Shown: in pieces, positions 63,340-64,000 of the stretch
Layout of the letters: each line of letters opens with the position of its first letter
How positions within the stretch are numbered: position 1 is the first letter of the stretch
Assembly: GCA_951406725.2 (NCBI GenBank)
Contig: OX597825.1
Span: 42,036,001-42,100,000, forward strand
Direction of reading: 5' to 3'
DNA length: 64,000 nucleotides
Source of the DNA: Octopus vulgaris
Lineage: Eukaryota
Notes under the pieces: generated by a model
What the model was told of the DNA's origin: nothing
What the model saw: the letters and a program-made list of their open reading frames with translations, nothing else
Databases searched by the model: none
Made by a program: the position numbers and the translations under genes

Positions 63340-64000
63340 ACCACTTCATATGTTTTCCTTCATTTTCTCTCCCTGTTTAGTTTTGGTGAATCAAAGAGTA
63401 TTATTCAATACTATTAAGTATTGAAATGGTGTAGGCTCTTGAACCTCAAGCAGATACTGTATTGGGTTTTTTACTCTATAGAGAGAGAATGATTACTTCA
63501 AATTCACTATTAATTTGACACTAAGTGCAGACCATAATAAGGAACAATATTCCAGGTGACTGAGAGCAATTTTTCTCCACATCAATATGGTTTCATTTTC
63601 TCTTGTTCTGAACGATCTCAGAACCTAACCAACTAGCTGCTGGTACATTGACCCATCATAATAACATGTGAATGGAATGATGCATCATTATTCATGCAGA
63701 TTCCTAGGCCACCCACCGACTGTGGCTCTAGGATTGTATTACTTCCTGGTCCTGTGCATACTTACTGCAATCTATTTTGTGCACTGATAGCAGAGCGTTT
63801 GAAATCTTTAAGTATTGAACTGCCTATGATTTTCTTCATCTCACTTGAATATCGCACTCAGGTCTTTTTGTTCTTGACTGACTAACTGATACATTGGTGT
63901 TTTTGACAATACTAGTGAAGAGTAGCTGGCATATGATGTAAAGCATATCTGCAAGAACAATCACAAACAGTAGTGGCCCCACTTAAAACTGATGCCTCTT
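63340..64000 (-). mobile_element. Possible R4/Dong C-terminal remnant
   Basis: YAQDQEV (AAQDQ motif), then faint TWNI and K..EK motifs. Confidence 0.35.

Overview
AT-rich, microsatellite-dense eukaryotic DNA that is almost entirely decayed and nested transposable elements. The repeat inventory (tRNA-derived SINEs, an RTE LINE with (GAT)n tails, Penelope-like elements, mariners, non-autonomous Helitrons) looks like a cephalopod, probably Octopus, intron or intergenic region. That taxon call comes from recalled repeat similarity, not a search. No intact host gene, rRNA, true tRNA or CRISPR array was found; there is one weak 39-nt micro-exon candidate, and most ORFs in the track are microsatellite or antisense artefacts. 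The main signal is a recurring set of minimal, Penelope-type hammerhead ribozyme (HHR) motifs, mostly inside head-to-head inverted duplications. Some have non-canonical cores with compensatory 3:8 pairs (G3:C8 at 27.7 kb; U3:A8 at 18.9 and 46.2 kb). One element joins a tRNA-like Pol III head, an (AAT)n tract and an HHR, and sits as an inverted dimer with a 12-bp TSD (20.1-21.5 kb); it is a candidate Penelope-mobilised ribozyme SINE. Other highlights: an RTE ORF2 with a PHD finger after the RT core, a Helitron inserted at A|T with no TSD inside that RTE, an R4/Dong element in (TAA)n, and a three-layer Dong > mariner > MITE nest. All alignments and folds were done by eye; family names rest on recalled motifs.
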